From Synechococcus elongatus PCC 6301 (GTDB taxonomy: Bacteria > Cyanobacteriota > Cyanobacteriia > Synechococcales > Synechococcaceae): a stretch of DNA of 32,000 bases. Below are positions 29,776-32,000 of this stretch, piece after piece. The notes beneath the pieces were generated by a model that did no database searches, was not told the origin of the DNA, and saw nothing but the letters and a program-made list of their open reading frames with translations. The translations under genes were made by a program, and so were the position numbers. The stretch is from positions 1,980,001 through 2,012,000 of the forward strand of contig NC_006576.1 in NCBI RefSeq assembly GCF_000010065.1. Direction: 5' to 3'. Every line of letters starts with the position of its first letter. Position 1 is the first letter of the stretch.

Positions 29776-30483
29776 CAAGACTGACTGCGAGGATTGACGC
29801 CAAGCGGTCTCCAGTTCTGGGGCAAAGGCTGGTAGGGCCGTTTCTCCCAGGATTTGCGATTGGAATTGCAGGGTGATCGTTGAATAGGCGACACGAGTGC
29901 GGAGGTTGAGTTGTTCTGCTTTGAGCTGCTCGATTTGTTCCCGCGTGCTGCTCAGTCGCTCGGTCACTTTGAGCACGTCTTCCACCTTAGTAGCGCGATC
30001 GAGAATGCTCTGAAGAGCCCGTTCGGTGCGCTCTAAATTGGTCAGTCGGGCTTGTAAATCTGTGAGCTGTCGGGCGACATCCTCCGCTTGAACATTGACG
30101 GTATCGACCCGCCCGAGAGCCCGAAAGGCGGCGATCGCGGTCTCTAACCGGTCTGCGGGGATCCGCGCCTGCAGGGTGGCACTGGGGGAATCGCCGCTGG
30201 ACTCGGTCTGCTGCAAAATGTCCCCCTGCTCTCGATTCACGATCGCTTGCGCCGACCGTACCGCTGTGGGCACATCTTGAACAGCCAGTTGCATCGTGGC
30301 TGTCTTAGCGAGTTGGGGCCGAGGGGCATTAGCACGGGGAGCCTCAGCTGCTTGATTGGCTGCTGCCTCGGGCACCACACTGGGCGCCGAGGCAGGTGAA
30401 CTACTGGTTTCAGTGCAGCCGCCCAAGAGAGCACTGCCCGTCGCCACTAAGGTAATCAGAGACAAGGAGAGAGAACGCTTCAC
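29611..30483 (-). CDS. DUF4349-like lipoprotein with C-terminal membrane helix
   Basis: Lipobox LVATGSALLGGC; QLAVQDVPTAVRSAQAIVNREQGDILQQ..., coiled-coil LTDLQARLTNLERTERALQSILDRATKVEDVLKVTERLSSTREQIEQLKAEQ; TM near C-terminus. Confidence 0.82.
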   Translation of the reverse strand: MKRSLSLSLITLVATGSALLGGCTETSSSPASAPSVVPEAAANQAAEAPRANAPRPQLAKTATMQLAVQDVPTAVRSAQAIVNREQGDILQQTESSGDSPSATLQARIPADRLETAIAAFRALGRVDTVNVQAEDVARQLTDLQARLTNLERTERALQSILDRATKVEDVLKVTERLSSTREQIEQLKAEQLNLRTRVAYSTITLQFQSQILGETALPAFAPELETAWRQSSQSVLLLIRSLLVAGVWIVAYSPLFLLLIGGGYGLLRYQQRSTTTSSDRRDQPPQQPQA

Positions 30484-30537
30484 GGCCTAGGGCCTCCCAG
30501 CAATACCCCCAAGCTGCCCTAGGTGAACGACCGCTGG

Positions 30538-31068
30538 CTAAGGGGTCTGTGGCAGTTCTACAACCTCTGCAAGGGCAAGGGCTTCAGCACTGCGATCGCT
30601 GGTCTGACAGGAGACAGGCAGCTCTTGGTTGAACAGAACCATGGTGGTGGTGGAGTTGACCGAAAAGCCGACTTTTTCGTAAAAGCGCTGCTGGTGCGTG
30701 GTCATCAGATAGACCCGTTCCGCATGGCTGACGTGGGGGTGGCTGAGTACCGTCTCGACCAGCTTGCGACCGATGCCGCTCCCTTGAAAGTCTGGATGGA
30801 CGATCACATCCCAAATGGTGGCGCGATAGATGCCATCGGAGGTGGCGCGGGCAAATCCAAGCAGGCGATCGCCAATGTGAGCGCTGACGACCGGCTCACT
30901 ATTGCGAACCGCAATCTGGAGTTGTTCAATGCTGCGATCGCGGCCCCAAAAGGCCGTCAGTTCAAACAGGCGGCGCAGTTGCTCAAAGTCCAAACGTCGG
31001 GCTGCACTGTGACCACCCCGAAACTCCTCTGGAGTATGGATTTGGTACACAACACGGCTGTTGCTCAT
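30538..31068 (-). CDS. GNAT-family N-acetyltransferase (Ycf52-like)
   Basis: LLGFARATSDGIYRATIWDVIVHPDFQGSGIGRKLVETVLSH...FYEKVGFSVNSTTTMVLF, canonical QGSGIGRKL acetyl-CoA loop. Confidence 0.85.
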   Translation of the reverse strand: MSNSRVVYQIHTPEEFRGGHSAARRLDFEQLRRLFELTAFWGRDRSIEQLQIAVRNSEPVVSAHIGDRLLGFARATSDGIYRATIWDVIVHPDFQGSGIGRKLVETVLSHPHVSHAERVYLMTTHQQRFYEKVGFSVNSTTTMVLFNQELPVSCQTSDRSAEALALAEVVELPQTP

Positions 31069-31252
31069 AGTGACGTGACCTCGAAGGGACTGCCGGCAGC
31101 CCCAGAACAGAAAGGGAATCTTAACTATTCCCCAGCATAGAGTCCGTGTCGAGTTTCAGGGCGATCGCTCGGGGCAATCGGCAAGCTGGCTCGGGTGACA
31201 GCGATGAGGTCGCGATCGCCCCTAGACTGGGACTGCAATGATTGCTGTCGCT

Positions 31253-31753
31253 ATGCCTCGGCGTTTTTCTCTGTTGTTGTTTGCGATCGCTTGTACGGTC
31301 TGCTTACTGCTCGGCAGTGGCCTAGAGCGTTTGCAAGCCGCGACCTATGTCCCTGTCGATACAGTTGACCCAATCCAACCGCGCTATGCCTTGGGACAGC
31401 AAGCCTATCGAGAAAGCTGTGGCAGTTGCCATGTGGCGTTGCCGCCGGAAGTCTTGCCAATCCAAACCTGGCAAATTTTGCTGAACGACACGCAGCATTA
31501 CGGCACGATATTACCTGCCATCGATGTGCCGACTCAGCGACTGATCGGGAATTACCTACGGGCTTACACGCGATCGCTCGCGGTCGGTGAAACAGTCCCC
31601 TACCGTCTCCGCAATTCAGTGCTGTTCCGATCGCTTCACCCCCAGGTGAATGTGCCGAGTACAGGACAAATCAATAGTTGCATCAGCTGCCATCCGGCCG
31701 CATCTCAATTTTCCTATCGGCAACTCTCTCCCGAGTGGCAAAGCAGCCGCTGA
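31253..31753 (+). CDS. exported diheme cytochrome c
   Basis: Signal peptide plus two CxxCH motifs (ESCGSCHVALPPEVLP and SCISCHPAASQF). Start taken at MPRRFSLLLF inside track ORF 31238..31753. Confidence 0.82.
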   Translation: MPRRFSLLLFAIACTVCLLLGSGLERLQAATYVPVDTVDPIQPRYALGQQAYRESCGSCHVALPPEVLPIQTWQILLNDTQHYGTILPAIDVPTQRLIGNYLRAYTRSLAVGETVPYRLRNSVLFRSLHPQVNVPSTGQINSCISCHPAASQFSYRQLSPEWQSSR

Positions 31754-31984
31754 GGGAGTCTTGCTAACACGACAAACCGTTGCTCAAAGCTCTGGAGAAA
31801 ATCTAGGGCTTTTACTTTCGGCCTAGGTTGATTGCCACAAGAAATTGGTTGATTTTTGTTTCTTATTTGTACGCCAACTCAGTTGACGATCCTTCCTTGC
31901 TATCAATCCTTAATAAGTTTTGGAGCTGATAACTCAGGTAGGGATCCGAAAGTATAGTGAGTGGTTGTTTCATCTCACTCGGCT

Positions 31985-32000
31985 ATGAGTTCCTCCATTG
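31985..32000 (+). CDS. possible start of a gene running off the right edge
   Basis: ATG AGT TCC TCC ATT at the window edge after a roughly 230-bp AT-rich intergenic region; only five codons visible. Confidence 0.2.

Noticed and set aside
1-32000. CRISPR arrays, transposases, integrases, restriction or toxin-antitoxin modules
   Set aside because: No regularly spaced repeats, terminal inverted repeats, or proteins of these families were seen; gene content is housekeeping.

Overview
This window is ordinary chromosomal backbone of a unicellular cyanobacterium. The very frequent HIP1 octamer GCGATCGC and a ppc product that reads like the classic Anacystis nidulans PEP carboxylase point to Synechococcus elongatus (PCC 7942/6301 type). 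Strand and order: cobT-like (left-truncated), coiled-coil ORF, Tat/lipoprotein solute-binding protein, proA, LuxR-type regulator (PedR-like), hisS, hypothetical, cutA, two small ORFs, rimM, avtA, ndhS, DUF1400-like ORF, cyAbrB, DUF3370-like ORF, cyanobacterial gshA, ppc, GNAT, tRNA-Arg(CCG), recF, two small membrane ORFs, speD, HU, mutS, frameshifted ArnT-like glycosyltransferase, psbZ, ribH, tRNA-Gly(GCC), proA-like paralog, degenerate histidine kinase, DUF4349-like lipoprotein, GNAT, diheme cytochrome c. I see no CRISPR array, prophage, transposon or canonical defence island. The most interesting items are: (1) a ProA-like paralog in which the catalytic-Cys position is Val, 6 bp upstream of a histidine kinase with degraded ATP-binding motifs; (2) a glycosyltransferase whose conserved C-terminus is in another frame; (3) a divergent GNAT gene that runs antisense into tRNA-Arg and lacks the acetyl-CoA loop motif seen in the second GNAT; (4) a 61-aa ORF with a prepilin-like N-terminus, translationally coupled to another small membrane ORF; (5) a Tat signal that requires a non-ATG/GTG/TTG start codon. 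All family assignments are from motif recognition; no database search was run.
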